Notes: a model not told the origin generated them from the letters alone. Positions 20,134 to 31,006 are shown, numbered from the stretch's first letter. The stretch: DNA of 64,000 nucleotides from Candidatus Krumholzibacteriota bacterium (GCA_963727455.1 CAVSGG010000009.1:416001-480000), one strand, 5' to 3'. Made by a program: numbers and translations.

Positions 20134-20635
20134 GTCAATCGCCTCTGCTCTGCGCTCTGGACAATCATCCGGAGCTGGGAACGGCCAGGCAGCAAAAGCT
20201 ACTGCAAGCTGGCCGGAGGGATTCTGGATCGCTCGGTGACTAGAAGGTTGCGTGCCATTCCCCAGAGCGTGAAGAAAGGCGGACTCCCGAAGGTGAGTTA
20301 GTGCTGATGAGGGTCGATGGCAGTGCGACTTTCCGGATGACAGTTCATCTTGATTCGTTTCGTACGAGGAGAACGTACTCGATCCCGGATGTGAATGACC
20401 GTTACTCATCGAGGCGGATACCGCGCACGATACATGCAAGCGAGTTGCAAAACGTGCCTTGATTTGCCCGATCTGAAGAACACTGCGGACATGAGGAAAC
20501 GAGGGGAGCCGAGGAATTGCGGGTGACCTGACTCTCTCGGCGTGGCAGACTTCCTACTCTCATCTAGCTTGGGCTTGTCGACGAGCTTCAGAGCTCACTG
20601 GATTTTTCGAGAAACCACGAAGGAGAGAACGGAGC

Positions 20636-21196
20636 ATGGAGGACTTGCATCCTGAGAATCCGAGAGAGAACATCGCCGTGCGTCAACGCCAAGAGCCCTT
20701 ACGCGAACGCTACAAGACGATGCCCGAGGAGGCCCGTATCACCGACCGTGCTCGGTCGGTCGCAGGAGTACAAACCGATCCCTTCCACGGGTCTTTCGCG
20801 CCAGGAAGCCAGGATTATGGCATCACCTGGCCCTTTGGGATCCATAGCGCCGTGGGCGGGTTTCACGATGGTCCCAACCCTGGAGACCTCTTGTGTGCGG
20901 CGCTCGCGACCTGTCTCGACTCCACGCTGAGAATGATTGCGGAACGACTGGGAGTGAGCTTGACTTCGCTGGAGGTCGATGTAAAAGGGGAGATCGACGT
21001 ACGCGGAACTTTGGCCGTCGACCGCGAGGTCCCGGTCGGAATGCAATCCATGCACTGCGATGTCAATCTGTCGACGGCCGAGGGCACCGACCCGCAACTC
21101 GTGAAGCGCCTCTTGGCTGCGGCTGAACGCAGTTGTGTCAATCTGCAGACATTGCGTCATGGTGTCCCAGTGGAGACGAGTTTGCATTCGCACTGA
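20636..21196 (+). CDS. OsmC/Ohr-family protein
   Basis: GPNPGDLLCAALATC and AERSCV cysteine motifs. Confidence 0.85.
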   Translation: MEDLHPENPRENIAVRQRQEPLRERYKTMPEEARITDRARSVAGVQTDPFHGSFAPGSQDYGITWPFGIHSAVGGFHDGPNPGDLLCAALATCLDSTLRMIAERLGVSLTSLEVDVKGEIDVRGTLAVDREVPVGMQSMHCDVNLSTAEGTDPQLVKRLLAAAERSCVNLQTLRHGVPVETSLHSH

Positions 21197-21212
21197 CCCG
21201 CAGTAGGTGCCC

Positions 21213-23098
21213 ATGACGTTTCTTGATCCGGCGCTCTTCTTCTTGGCACGGCGCTCTCGGTTGCAGTTTCCGTCCTCTGGGTGAGACGCAATCTAGCGCG
21301 CGGTCTCGCCACAGCTCTATGTTCGGGCATCGTCGGCTGGGTAGGCCTGGTCGTTTCCGCCCAGCTCCTACTCTCCTTCTTCGGCCAATTGCACCCCTTT
21401 GAAGCGCATGGCCTCGTGACGCTGGCTGCAGCCGGGATGTTCTGGAGGCTGGCGCGTTCGCAGAGTACCGCGCCCAAGGACGAGATGATCCCGCGGGAGA
21501 GCTTCTCACTGGAGAGTGGGGTCGTGGCGTTGGGCGCCATCCTCATCGCCGTTCCACTGGCCCAGGAACTGATCAAATCACTCGCAAGAGCGCCCTGGGA
21601 CGGAGACAGCCTCCTCTATCACCTCCCCCTTCTGCTGGATACCTATATAAAGGGGCACATCTTCGACCTCTCAGCACCCTTCGGACACAGTCCACCCTAT
21701 GCCGAGCTTGCGGGCGGTTGGTGGTGGAGCACGAAGTGGCACGACGCGCTGATGGCCCTTCAGAACCCCCTTGCGTATCTGCTCCTGGCCTTCGCGCTGG
21801 TCAGACTTTGTGAAGTACTCGAGATACGCAGAGGAGTAGCCTGGCTCACGGTGGGGGTGTACTTCGAAACTGCGCGCGCGATTCAGCGCCAGGCTACGAC
21901 GCAGGAGAGCGATCTGTGGGTGGCGGCTCTCCTGCTCGCGGGCTTGGCGTGGTGCCTGGGACCGCTCGACAGCCGCCGCGATCGAATCATGGCTGGGATG
22001 AGCCTGGGCCTGGCCATGGGCTGTAAGCACCTCGGTCCCTTTTTCGTAATCGTGGTGCTGGTCTCGAGCCTCCTTGCGCGCAGCCTGCGTGGTCAGGAGG
22101 CCGTTTCCCTCAAACGACTGATTCCCGTTGCCGGGATCGCGTTAGCCCTGGGGTGCATTCCCTTCGCCCGCAATTGGATCCTCACGCAGAACCCGTTCTA
22201 TCCCGGGAGAGTAGGCATTTTCGGATTCACTATCTTTCCCGCCTCGAGTCACAGCAGCATTTACGGGGTCCACGATTTCACCTCGGTGTGGCCGTATCTG
22301 CGTGACTCGGCGCAAGGACGCGCTCTGTACCTGCATGCCCTAAAGGACCATCTAGGGATCCTCCCGCTCCTCGGTCTCGTCCTTGTTCCACTGGTGCTGT
22401 TCGCCCGGCAGGAAAGAAGAACGTCTCTCGCGCTCGTCGTGAGCATCATCCTCATGGTGGCGATCCTCTTCAACATTCCGGCATTCTTGAAGGACCCGCT
22501 TGGAGAGACGCCTGATTGGCTTCGCGAGGGCTACTCGCTAGCTCGCTTCGGCCTAGCGCCCTACAGCTTGCTGGTGGTCTTCGTGGCCTTCGGCGTCGAG
22601 CTGATCGTACGGCGTTTCGGAAACAAGGAGCGCACCATCGAAAGCCGGGCTCTTCTGCGCATGGGGACAGTCCCCGCGCTGCTGGCCGGAGGGTTCGTCG
22701 CCCTGGCGTGCACGGTGATCGCATTCAGTCCCGCTCTGCAGGCCGCCAGGGAACACTCCCGCGCGGAAAGACTCCAGGAGCTTACCGGATGTACGCCCGA
22801 GGAGCTCGCGGCGTGGAGGACATGGAATCAGAACTTGTCTCACCGAGAGCTGGTCGTTCACGGAGTGTATCCATGGTTTTTTGCCGGCAGCGATTTTTCC
22901 AATTACCTGCGTCGCCCCGACGCTTCGCGAGTTCCTCTCGCTCGGATAGAACTACCGGCTGCAACGAGGGCCTTGGTCTACTTCCAGACTCCGAGAAGTG
23001 CAGCGCGCCTTCCCCGCGTACTCAGGGAACTTGGAATTCCCTCCACCTCGAAGGCCGCACTGACTCAGGGGCGCTTCAAGCTATGGAATTTTCGATAG
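21213..23098 (+). CDS. Polytopic membrane protein, GT-C/ArnT-like glycosyltransferase; probable frameshift near 21225
   Basis: Many hydrophobic segments; WDGDSLLYHLP, LAMGCK, RNWILTQNPFYP motifs; the ORF frame extends upstream as a hydrophobic SGALLLGTALSVAVSVLW toward an out-of-frame ATG at 21213. Confidence 0.65.
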
Positions 23099-23143
23099 GA
23101 ATTTGAAAGCGGGCAGGCGCAGCGCGGCGGTGGTAGCTCAAAG

Positions 23144-24181
23144 CTATTGAATGTCGTCTCCCCCATCACCGTAGAACTTCACGACCATCTTGCCGCCGGA
23201 CTTCACAAAGCCACGGTACATTCCAGGTGTATTGAAAACCATCGCGATGTTACCATTCTTGTCCAAGGCGATCAATCCGCCCTCAGCGTGCTGCTGCATG
23301 AGTTCTCCATGAACGATGCTCTTGGCGGCCTCTTTCAAACTCATCCCTCGATATTTCATCAGAGCCGCAAGGTCGTAAGCGACTACGTTTCGGATGAAGT
23401 ACTCCCCCTGCCCGGTGCAGGACACGCCACAGGTCTCGTTGCTCGCGTAAGTTCCGGCGCCGATGATGGGCGAGTCCCCGATACGCCCCCAGAGCTTTCC
23501 CGTCAGGCCTCCCGTGGAGGTACCCGCGGCGATGTTTCCATTTTTGTCCAGGGCAACGCAGCCCACGGTTCCGTGCTCCTTCACTTCACCGCCTGATTCC
23601 GTCTCACTCTTCTCTTTCATCCGCTGGAGCGCGTCCCAGCGCCTCTGCGTCCAGAAGTAGACCGGTGACACGATTTCGAGGCCGTGCTGGGCCGCGAAGG
23701 TCTCGGCTCCCCTTCCCGAAAGCATGACGTGCTTGGACTGCACCATCACGGCTCGCGCAGCCGCGATGGGGTGCTTGATCGTCGTCACGCCCGCGACCGC
23801 CCCCGCGTTGCGGTTGCTGCCATCCATGATCGAGGCATCCATCTCGTTCTTTCCCTCGGCCGTGAACACGGCGCCGCGTCCCGCGTTGAAGAGGGGAGAA
23901 TCCTCCAGCACCTCGATGACCGCCTGCACCGCGTCCAAACTCGACCCGCCGTCCTTCAAAATCCCCTCACCCGTCTTCAGGGCCTCGGTGAGTTTGTCGC
24001 GATAGGCCTTCTCCTTCGCCGCATCCATGTTCTTCTTGAGAATGGTGCCCGCACCGCCATGGAGTACCAGAGCATAGTCGGGAGCTTCGGGAGACTTTGC
24101 GCAGGCGCAGAGGCAGAGCATGGCGAGGAGCAAGAGAATGCTCCACCTGGGTACAACTCGACCGTTTGCGAGATTGGTCAT
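23144..24181 (-). CDS. iaaA: Isoaspartyl peptidase/L-asparaginase (Ntn hydrolase), probable lipoprotein
   Basis: LHGGAG, FNAGRGA, HGTVGCVA (catalytic Thr), TSTGG, GRIGDSP; hydrophobic N-terminus ending CLCAC. Confidence 0.9.
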   Translation of the reverse strand: MTNLANGRVVPRWSILLLLAMLCLCACAKSPEAPDYALVLHGGAGTILKKNMDAAKEKAYRDKLTEALKTGEGILKDGGSSLDAVQAVIEVLEDSPLFNAGRGAVFTAEGKNEMDASIMDGSNRNAGAVAGVTTIKHPIAAARAVMVQSKHVMLSGRGAETFAAQHGLEIVSPVYFWTQRRWDALQRMKEKSETESGGEVKEHGTVGCVALDKNGNIAAGTSTGGLTGKLWGRIGDSPIIGAGTYASNETCGVSCTGQGEYFIRNVVAYDLAALMKYRGMSLKEAAKSIVHGELMQQHAEGGLIALDKNGNIAMVFNTPGMYRGFVKSGGKMVVKFYGDGGDDIQ

Positions 24182-24198
24182 GGTCTCACCCTCGCCTT

Positions 24199-25578
24199 CT
24201 AGGCGTCATTTACCCAAACCGTGTGCACGTTCACGAACTCACGGATGCCGTGGATCGAGAGTTCACGCCCATAGCCCGAATCGCGCACACCACCGAATGG
24301 CATTCGCGGATCCGACTTCGACATCTCGTTCACGAAGGCAGCTCCGGTGCGCAGCTCCTCGTTCGCGATGCGTTCCCCTCGGCTCAGATCCCTGGTCCAT
24401 ACCGAGGCGCTCAGACCGAACTCGCTGTCGTTGGCGAAGTCGATGGCCTCCTGTTCGCTCTCGGCTCGGATCAGCACGGCCACCGGGCCGAAGATCTCCT
24501 CGCGCCAGGCCGGCATCTCCGGACGCACTCCACCCAAAACCGTCACCGGATAGAAGGCGCCGGGGCCTTCCGGTATCTCTCCACCCAAGATCAGCTGTGC
24601 CCCCGCCTCGACACTACGCTCGACCTGGTCATGGAGCGCGTCGCGCAAATCCAGCCGCGCCAATGGGCCGATGGCAGTGTCTTCCAGCTCGGGATCGCCC
24701 ACTTTCAAGGAGCGCGCCGCCTTCATGAACTTCTTCACGAATTCCTCGTAGACTTCCTCGACGATGATGAAGCGCTTGGCGGCGATGCAACTCTGTGCGC
24801 TGTTCTGATAGCGGCTTGCGATTCCGACCTCGACCGCCCGGTCGATGTCCGCATCGTGGAGCACGATGAAGGGATCGGAGCCACCCAGTTCGAGCACGCA
24901 TTTCTTCAGCGCTCTTCCCGCCTCGGCCGCGATGGCTCGCCCGGCTCTCACGCTGGCGGTGACGCTGACAGCGGCAATTTGGGGATCATGAACGAGAGCG
25001 TTGGTCAGGGGAATGTCCAGAATGAGCGAGCGGAAGAGATGCTCGGGAAAACCCGCATCCCGCATGAGTTTCTCGATCGCGAGTGCGCAGCCGAAGACAC
25101 TGGGAGCATGCTTCAGGAGGATCCCGTTGCCCGCCATCAAGGCCGGAGCCGCACAGCGAAACACTTGCCATAAGGGATAGTTCCAGGGCATGACGGCCAA
25201 GACGAGGCCCAGAGGCTGGTAGGAGACGAAGCTATGCCGCGCATCGGTTTCCACCTCGTCCGGTGCGAGGAAACCCTCGGCGTGCTCCGCGTAATACTCG
25301 CAGACCCAGGCGCACTTCTTAGCCTCGGCCACCGCCTGGCTGCGGGGCTTGCCCATTTCGTGGGTCATCAAGTCGGCGAGTTCATCGCTGCGGGAACGCA
25401 GTAGCTCAGCAAGCGCGCGCATGGGCTTCGCGCGCTGCGCGACCGGTGTCTCGGCCCATGAGCTCTGGGCGCGCGTACACTGTTTCAGAAGGTGCCGGAG
25501 AGTGTCTGCCGACATCTCCTCGTACTGGCCGATCATCTCACCCGTGACCGGATTGATGCTGTCGAACACCGTGCTCAA
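24199..25578 (-). CDS. NAD(P)-dependent succinate-semialdehyde dehydrogenase (Sad/GabD1-like)
   Basis: MPWNYP, LELGGSDP, QSCIAAKR, EEIFGP, PFGG. Confidence 0.9.
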   Translation of the reverse strand: MSTVFDSINPVTGEMIGQYEEMSADTLRHLLKQCTRAQSSWAETPVAQRAKPMRALAELLRSRSDELADLMTHEMGKPRSQAVAEAKKCAWVCEYYAEHAEGFLAPDEVETDARHSFVSYQPLGLVLAVMPWNYPLWQVFRCAAPALMAGNGILLKHAPSVFGCALAIEKLMRDAGFPEHLFRSLILDIPLTNALVHDPQIAAVSVTASVRAGRAIAAEAGRALKKCVLELGGSDPFIVLHDADIDRAVEVGIASRYQNSAQSCIAAKRFIIVEEVYEEFVKKFMKAARSLKVGDPELEDTAIGPLARLDLRDALHDQVERSVEAGAQLILGGEIPEGPGAFYPVTVLGGVRPEMPAWREEIFGPVAVLIRAESEQEAIDFANDSEFGLSASVWTRDLSRGERIANEELRTGAAFVNEMSKSDPRMPFGGVRDSGYGRELSIHGIREFVNVHTVWVNDA

Positions 25579-25592
25579 TTACCCCACCAGCT

Positions 25593-27800
25593 TCATTCAG
25601 TGTCTGGAAACATCTCCTCGAATTCGGGTTCCCCGTGGAGCGAAGTCAGCTCCGGATCGTGCCGGGCCCACACCGGATCCTTGAACCCGGCGTCGGTTGC
25701 CTTACGCAGAGCCTGCAAGGCTTTGGGCTTGTTCTCCAGGATCGCAAAGACACAGCCGACGTTGTAGAGCACCATGGCGTCGTTGGGGCGCAAGGCCATG
25801 GCGAGGCTGGCCTCGCGCTCCGCCTCCTCGGACCTCTTCAGGTCTGCATAGTCTCCTGCGAGGAGAGTGCGAACCCGGGCATCTTCCGGCACGGTCTTCA
25901 AGTGCTTCTCGTAGATTTGTACTTCTCTCTGAACATGATTGTGCAGTCCCTCCTTCTTCCCCAACGCACCGAGAGCATTTCGGATGGGCACGTACACGTT
26001 GTAATTTTCCCCGGAGTGAGCGATCGCTGTCTCTGCCAGATCGACCAGCTCCTGGTAGCGTCCGGCTGCGAACAAGGCCCGTCCCAACAAGTAGTAGGCG
26101 CCCTCGCAATCGGGCTTGATTTCGATGGCCGCGCTCACCCGGGTCGCGGCCTCGGCGTAATTGTTCTCGACATAGGCTACCCAGGCCTGCGCCACGAGGA
26201 TCTCCGGAAGATCCTTGCCCTGCGCGCTGGCTTTCTCGGTGGCCGTGATGGCCCTCTGCAGCCAGGACTGGGCCCGATCAAAGTGATAGTGGTACTGCGC
26301 ACAGACGTTGGCGATGGCAGCGTGAGCCAGTGCGAACTGGGGATCCAGCGCGACCGCGTTCTCGTACATCTGCAACGCGAATTCCAGGTCCTGTCGCGAG
26401 AGACGGCGGGCGAAGTTCCGGCCCCGCAGGTAAAGGTCGTAGGCCTGCAGGTCGTCGGTGGGCTTGGCAGCCAGCGCCTTCTGCTCCTGGGGTGACAGCG
26501 TCACGCGCAAAGCCTCGGCGATCTTGCGCGCGATCTCGTCCTGAACTTCGAAGACGTCCTTCATCTCGCGATCGTAGCGCTCGGACCAAAGCGGAAAGTC
26601 GGTTTGGGTATCCACCAGCTGGGTGTTGATGCGCAAGCGCGTCCCGGCACGACGGACGCTGCCCATCAAGACGTACGCCGCGCTGAGCTGCTGCCCGATT
26701 TGCGCCGGCGTCACTTGCTTGTCGCGGAAGGCGAGCACCGTTGCCCGTGAAAAGATCTTCAGGCCCTTGATCTTGGAGAGTTCGGTTACGATGTCCTCGG
26801 TGATGCCGTCGCGGAAGTACTCGTCCTCCTTGATCCCGCTCAGATTTTCGAAGTACAGCACAGCAACCGATTTTTCAGCCAATCCAGACGTAGTACCCGC
26901 ATGGGAATCGCTCAGAGAGGGCACGCTCCGCGTTCCCGATTCGAAATCGCGCTTGAGCCGGCGCAGGTCCGTCTTGAGATCGGTGGCGGTCTGGTAGCGC
27001 AGGTTGCGGTCCTTCTCCAGAGCCTTGCCGATGATACGGCTCAGCTCGGGGGGAAGGCCCGGATTGATCTGATCCAGATCCTCGGGCTCGCGATTCAAAA
27101 TGGCGTCGAAAACGACCGCCGAGGTGTCTCCCTGGAAGGGCAACTTGCCGGAGGCCATCTCGTACATGACCGCGCCCAGAGAAAACAGATCCGTGCGCGC
27201 ATCGGTGAGCTGTCCGCGCGCCTGCTCGGGGGACATGTAGGAGACCGTGCCCAAAGTCGAACCGGCCATCGTGAGCTCGTCGGAACGCACCACGGTCGCT
27301 GCCGCCGAACCTTCCGGCGTATTGCGTAGTTGGTCGATCTTGGCCAGCCCGAAGTCGAGGATCTTGGCCTGGCCGCGCGAGCTGATGAAGATGTTGGCCG
27401 GTTTGAGGTCGCGATGCACGATGCCCTTGGCATGCGCCGATTCGAGGGCGTCGGTGATTTCGATCGAGATCTGCAGGAGCCTCTCGAGCGGAAATCTCTC
27501 TTTGCGGATGCGATCGGCGAGGGTCTCTCCCTCCAAGAGTTCCATCACGATGAATTGCTCGCCATCGTGCTGTTCGATGGCGAAGACAGTGCAGATGCCG
27601 GGATGATTGAGGGCCGAGGCGGCGCGCGCTTCGCGCTGGAAGCGCTGCAGGGTGGAATCATCCTTCGCCAATTCGCTCGGGAGGAACTTGAGCGCTACCT
27701 GGCGCCCTAACTGTTCGTCCTTCGCCTCGTATACGATCCCCATCCCACCACTCCCCAACTTGGCGGTGATGAGGTAATGCGAAACCCGCTGACCGATCAT
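25593..27800 (-). CDS. Cytoplasmic Hanks-type Ser/Thr kinase with TolB-N-like domain and TPRs
   Basis: [26 protein letters not shown]; [11 protein letters not shown]...[11 protein letters not shown]; AYDLYLRG TPRs. Confidence 0.9.
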   Translation of the reverse strand: MIGQRVSHYLITAKLGSGGMGIVYEAKDEQLGRQVALKFLPSELAKDDSTLQRFQREARAASALNHPGICTVFAIEQHDGEQFIVMELLEGETLADRIRKERFPLERLLQISIEITDALESAHAKGIVHRDLKPANIFISSRGQAKILDFGLAKIDQLRNTPEGSAAATVVRSDELTMAGSTLGTVSYMSPEQARGQLTDARTDLFSLGAVMYEMASGKLPFQGDTSAVVFDAILNREPEDLDQINPGLPPELSRIIGKALEKDRNLRYQTATDLKTDLRRLKRDFESGTRSVPSLSDSHAGTTSGLAEKSVAVLYFENLSGIKEDEYFRDGITEDIVTELSKIKGLKIFSRATVLAFRDKQVTPAQIGQQLSAAYVLMGSVRRAGTRLRINTQLVDTQTDFPLWSERYDREMKDVFEVQDEIARKIAEALRVTLSPQEQKALAAKPTDDLQAYDLYLRGRNFARRLSRQDLEFALQMYENAVALDPQFALAHAAIANVCAQYHYHFDRAQSWLQRAITATEKASAQGKDLPEILVAQAWVAYVENNYAEAATRVSAAIEIKPDCEGAYYLLGRALFAAGRYQELVDLAETAIAHSGENYNVYVPIRNALGALGKKEGLHNHVQREVQIYEKHLKTVPEDARVRTLLAGDYADLKRSEEAEREASLAMALRPNDAMVLYNVGCVFAILENKPKALQALRKATDAGFKDPVWARHDPELTSLHGEPEFEEMFPDTE

Positions 27801-27985
27801 CGAGTGTCCCTTTTTCAAAGAGTGAATCGGACTCGCGAGTCGTTTGCCTCGCAGGATAAAAAGACAATCAAAGGGTGCGCGTACTCGGGCGCCATACTCC
27901 CGATCGAAGAGATTAGGTCAAATTTCGTCCCGAGGGAAGCGCTCGCCTCCTAGGCTGCGGAGAGTCGGAGGCGAAACGCCGCTGA

Positions 27986-28558
27986 TCAGCCGATCGGACT
28001 GGAGCGCTCCTCGAGGTCCGCCCTCAGTGCCGCCCTTTGCTCCGGGCTGAGTGCGGCCTCCACCTTCAGCGCATCGTAGTCCGATCCGATGGCCACCGGG
28101 GGGCGACCCTTCAGATCGAATTTCAGATACTGCACCGCACTCAGCCGATCCTCGCCCACCTGTGAGGGGTCGAATTCAGCGTAGACTTTGCTTCCATCCT
28201 CGAGCTTTAGATAGATGTGGCCGGGAAGCTCCAGCCACTGCTCCAGCTTTTTCCGGCGCTCAACGGGATCGTCGATCGTGACGAGGAGCGCGCAAGCCAG
28301 TTGTCCCTCGTCGCCGAGCAGGGCGTTGTAGGTCTCCATCTCCTCGAGAATGGCCGACTCCTTGACGATCTGCTCGGCACGCATCATCTCCTGGATCTGG
28401 TAACGAATGGTATCGGCATTCTCGAAGAGGAAGACGAGGTTCTCTCCCACCGCGATTCGGCGCGGCTTCTTGACCGGTAGAATCTTCTCCCGCATTTCAT
28501 CACGCACATCGGTGTAGCTCTGGTAATCGAGTAATTCCTCACGCTTCACTTTTCGCAT
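27986..28558 (-). CDS. DUF3501 family protein
   Basis: FLFENADTIRYQIQEMMRAE, SAVQYLKF; last gene of a rubrerythrin cluster. Confidence 0.85.
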   Translation of the reverse strand: MRKVKREELLDYQSYTDVRDEMREKILPVKKPRRIAVGENLVFLFENADTIRYQIQEMMRAEQIVKESAILEEMETYNALLGDEGQLACALLVTIDDPVERRKKLEQWLELPGHIYLKLEDGSKVYAEFDPSQVGEDRLSAVQYLKFDLKGRPPVAIGSDYDALKVEAALSPEQRAALRADLEERSSPIG

Positions 28559-28607
28559 TTCGTCCGCACCTCTTCTCTTGCTTCACGATCAATCGCAGGA
28601 TCCACCG

Positions 28608-29969
28608 TCATTCTGCTTCCTTTTTGTCGTCAATCGGCTGCGAAAATCCATCCTCCTCGTAGGCGCGCGCCAGAATCGTCATGGGATGCATCGGTTTGCG
28701 GCCAGCGTGCTGCGCGAATTGGATCGCGGCCAAGGGGCAGTCGGTGCTCCAGACCTCCGCCGATTCCTGTTGGACTCCGTCGAACGCACGCTGCCCGATC
28801 CGCTTCGACGGCTCGAATCCATGGGTCGTCATCGCGAACGTCCCGTCGTGCCCGCAGCACTCCATGGTGGTCGTGGGTTTGACGCCGGGAATCTTGCGCA
28901 AGAGGTCGCGCCCCTTGAAACCGATGCCCTGAGCTCGTAGATGGCAAGGTGCGTGGTAGGCCACGGTCTCGCCCGGGCTGGACTTGAAGTCGCTGTTGAA
29001 GCGCTCCTCGTCGCGAAGGCTCCACAGATACTCGCTCGGATCCATGACCACTTCGGCCAGCTTCTTGGCCCGCTCGCGATCCTCGCCCTCGAGCAGTTCC
29101 GGATACTCGCGGCGCATCATCATGGAACAGGTGGGATTGATCGCGAGGACTTTTGCGCCCTTCTCCACGTAGGGCATGAGAAGGTCCAGGTTCACGTGCG
29201 CTTGCTTTCGCACCGATTCCAGATCACCGCGCTCCCAGGCCGGCATGCCGCAGCATTGCAGCCCTTCCACACAGCGCAGATCGACCTGGTTGCGCTGGAA
29301 AACCGCGACGGTGTCCTGTCCGATTTCCGGTTCGTTGTTTTGCACGTAGCAGGTTTGGAAGAGTACTGCCTCTCCCCCCGGCCCCTTCGAGCTGAGCCCT
29401 CTCGACTTCGCCCAGGCCTCGAAGGTGCGCGAGGCGAAGTCGGGAAGCAGTTTGCGGCGATCGACACCCAGCACCTTCTCCATGAACCAGCGATGGAGCC
29501 CCACCCGGTTCATGATGTTGGCCAGTCCGAAACTGGCTCTGGCCATGCTGCCGGCCCGATCCGGTTGAGAAAGAAGCTTGTCGCTGAGCGAAAGTCCCCT
29601 GCGCCGCGCCCGCTGCGCCTTGTAGCGGTGGACGAGCTTGGGAAAGTCGAGTTGGTATTCGTGGCCGTCACGCACCGTGTAGGGGCACTGAACCTCGCAG
29701 AGCTTACACTGGAAACAGTCGTCCATGACCGCTTCGGTATCGCTCTCGCTCAGACCGCGCACATCACCGTCGTAATTTTTGTCGATGAGTTCGAACAAAC
29801 GCGGGAAAGCATCGCAGTACTTGAAGCAGAGTCGGCAGCCATGACAGATCTCGAAGGTGCGCGTGACCTCACCCTTCAGGCCGTCTTCATCCCAGTAGCG
29901 GGGATCGGAGGGGTCGTAACAGAGTCCTTCGGTGGGTTGATAAGAGATCGGAGTGGCTGCATCGCCCAT
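28608..29969 (-). CDS. Fe-S oxidoreductase (GlpC/heterodisulfide reductase-like, CCG domains)
   Basis: CHGCRLCFKYC, CFQCKLCEVQCP, CCGMP, CCGHDG. Confidence 0.88.
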   Translation of the reverse strand: MGDAATPISYQPTEGLCYDPSDPRYWDEDGLKGEVTRTFEICHGCRLCFKYCDAFPRLFELIDKNYDGDVRGLSESDTEAVMDDCFQCKLCEVQCPYTVRDGHEYQLDFPKLVHRYKAQRARRRGLSLSDKLLSQPDRAGSMARASFGLANIMNRVGLHRWFMEKVLGVDRRKLLPDFASRTFEAWAKSRGLSSKGPGGEAVLFQTCYVQNNEPEIGQDTVAVFQRNQVDLRCVEGLQCCGMPAWERGDLESVRKQAHVNLDLLMPYVEKGAKVLAINPTCSMMMRREYPELLEGEDRERAKKLAEVVMDPSEYLWSLRDEERFNSDFKSSPGETVAYHAPCHLRAQGIGFKGRDLLRKIPGVKPTTTMECCGHDGTFAMTTHGFEPSKRIGQRAFDGVQQESAEVWSTDCPLAAIQFAQHAGRKPMHPMTILARAYEEDGFSQPIDDKKEAE

Positions 29970-29992
29970 CGACTCGCTCCCTTGCTCAGACG

Positions 29993-30025
29993 AGCGGAGC
30001 CGAAATGCATAATTCCGGCTCCGCT
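29993..30025. other. Intergenic stem-loop between rubrerythrin and the Fe-S oxidoreductase
   Basis: AGCGGAGCCG / CGGCTCCGCT perfect 10-bp inverted repeat, no U-tract. Confidence 0.5.
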
Positions 30026-30046
30026 ACACAACGATCGGTTTGAACT

Positions 30047-30466
30047 TCAGCTGATGCTCTTGAGCATCTTCTCGAAACGTCCCGCGTGAGACTTCTCCGC
30101 CTTGGCCAGGGTCTCGAACCAGTCCGCGATCTCGTTGAAGCCCTCTTCGTGAGCGGTCTTCGCCATGCTCGGATACATCTCGGTGTACTCGTGAGTCTCG
30201 CCCGCGATCGCCGACTTCAGATTGTCCATCGTATCGCCGATCGGAGCATCGGTGGCCGGGTCGCCGGCGGGCTTGAGATAGTCGAGGTGGCCGTGCGCGT
30301 GACCCGTCTCACCCTCGGCGGTGTCACGGAAATTCCCCGCGACCTCGGGATAGCCCTCGACGTCGGCAACCTTGGCCATCCAAAGGTAACGCCGATTGGC
30401 CTGGGACTCGCCCGCGAACGCGGCTTTCAGATTTTCATGGGTCTTGCTCCCCTTGAGCTGTGCCAT
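30047..30466 (-). CDS. rbr: Rubrerythrin (short, no rubredoxin domain)
   Basis: NLKAAFAGESQANRRY, ETGHAHGH, GETHEYTEMYP, AEKSHA; ATG 30466 with AAGGAG RBS. Confidence 0.93.
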   Translation of the reverse strand: MAQLKGSKTHENLKAAFAGESQANRRYLWMAKVADVEGYPEVAGNFRDTAEGETGHAHGHLDYLKPAGDPATDAPIGDTMDNLKSAIAGETHEYTEMYPSMAKTAHEEGFNEIADWFETLAKAEKSHAGRFEKMLKSIS

Positions 30467-30547
30467 GGAACACTCTCCTTCATGATTATGGATGCGCTTG
30501 CATCCGAACCTCGTTGTGAGTGCAGCAGCACCCGCGAACAACACTCT

Positions 30548-31006
30548 CTACTTTCGGGAAACGATCCCATCCCCGCGTTCACGACACGAGGAGCATATCA
30601 CTTCGTACTCGATGTGCAGATCCACGAACTCGAATTCCTCACTCTCAAACGGCGAGGCCACCGGCCGCGGCATGAGGGTCTGCGGGATGTCGAAGACCTC
30701 GCCGCAGACCTTGCAGATGGCGTGATCGTGGTCCTGTAGGGTGCCATCAACCCTCAGCTTCTCGCGCGCTCCGCGAATGCGCCGGATCATGCCGGCCTGG
30801 AGGAAAGCCTCCAGGTTGGCGTAGACCGTGGAGAGGGAGAGCGATGGCATTCTGGGTGCGAGTGCATCCAGCACCATCTCCGCAGTGGGATGACGCCGGT
30901 CCTCCTCGAGAACTTCCAAGATCGCCACGCGCGACGCGGTGGGCTTGAGGCCCGCGGCGCGTAGTCGTGTAGCGCGATCAGGGCTTTGGGGCTGGTGGTG
31001 TTTCAT
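30548..31006 (-). CDS. perR: Fur-family transcriptional regulator, PerR-like
   Basis: GLKPTASR, HPTAE, SLSTVY, HDHAICKVCG, CSSC; heads the rubrerythrin operon. Confidence 0.85.
   Translation of the reverse strand: MKHHQPQSPDRATRLRAAGLKPTASRVAILEVLEEDRRHPTAEMVLDALAPRMPSLSLSTVYANLEAFLQAGMIRRIRGAREKLRVDGTLQDHDHAICKVCGEVFDIPQTLMPRPVASPFESEEFEFVDLHIEYEVICSSCRERGDGIVSRK

Noticed and set aside
20242-20257. Sigma-54-like TGGCACGCAACCTTCT on the minus strand upstream of the operon
   Set aside because: Good -24 element but the -12 GC is replaced by TC; a second candidate near 20446-20459 has the wrong spacing.
18406-20301. 631-aa plus-strand ORF, and similar long ORFs at 2419-3981, 45545-47257, 51619-53136 and 55528-56640
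   Set aside because: Antisense shadows of well-supported genes in GC-rich DNA; Arg/Gly-rich with no motifs.
20134-20439. N-terminal 100-aa extension of the Ig-repeat ORF
   Set aside because: A clear signal peptide begins at GTG 20133; the extension looks like translated promoter/UTR sequence.
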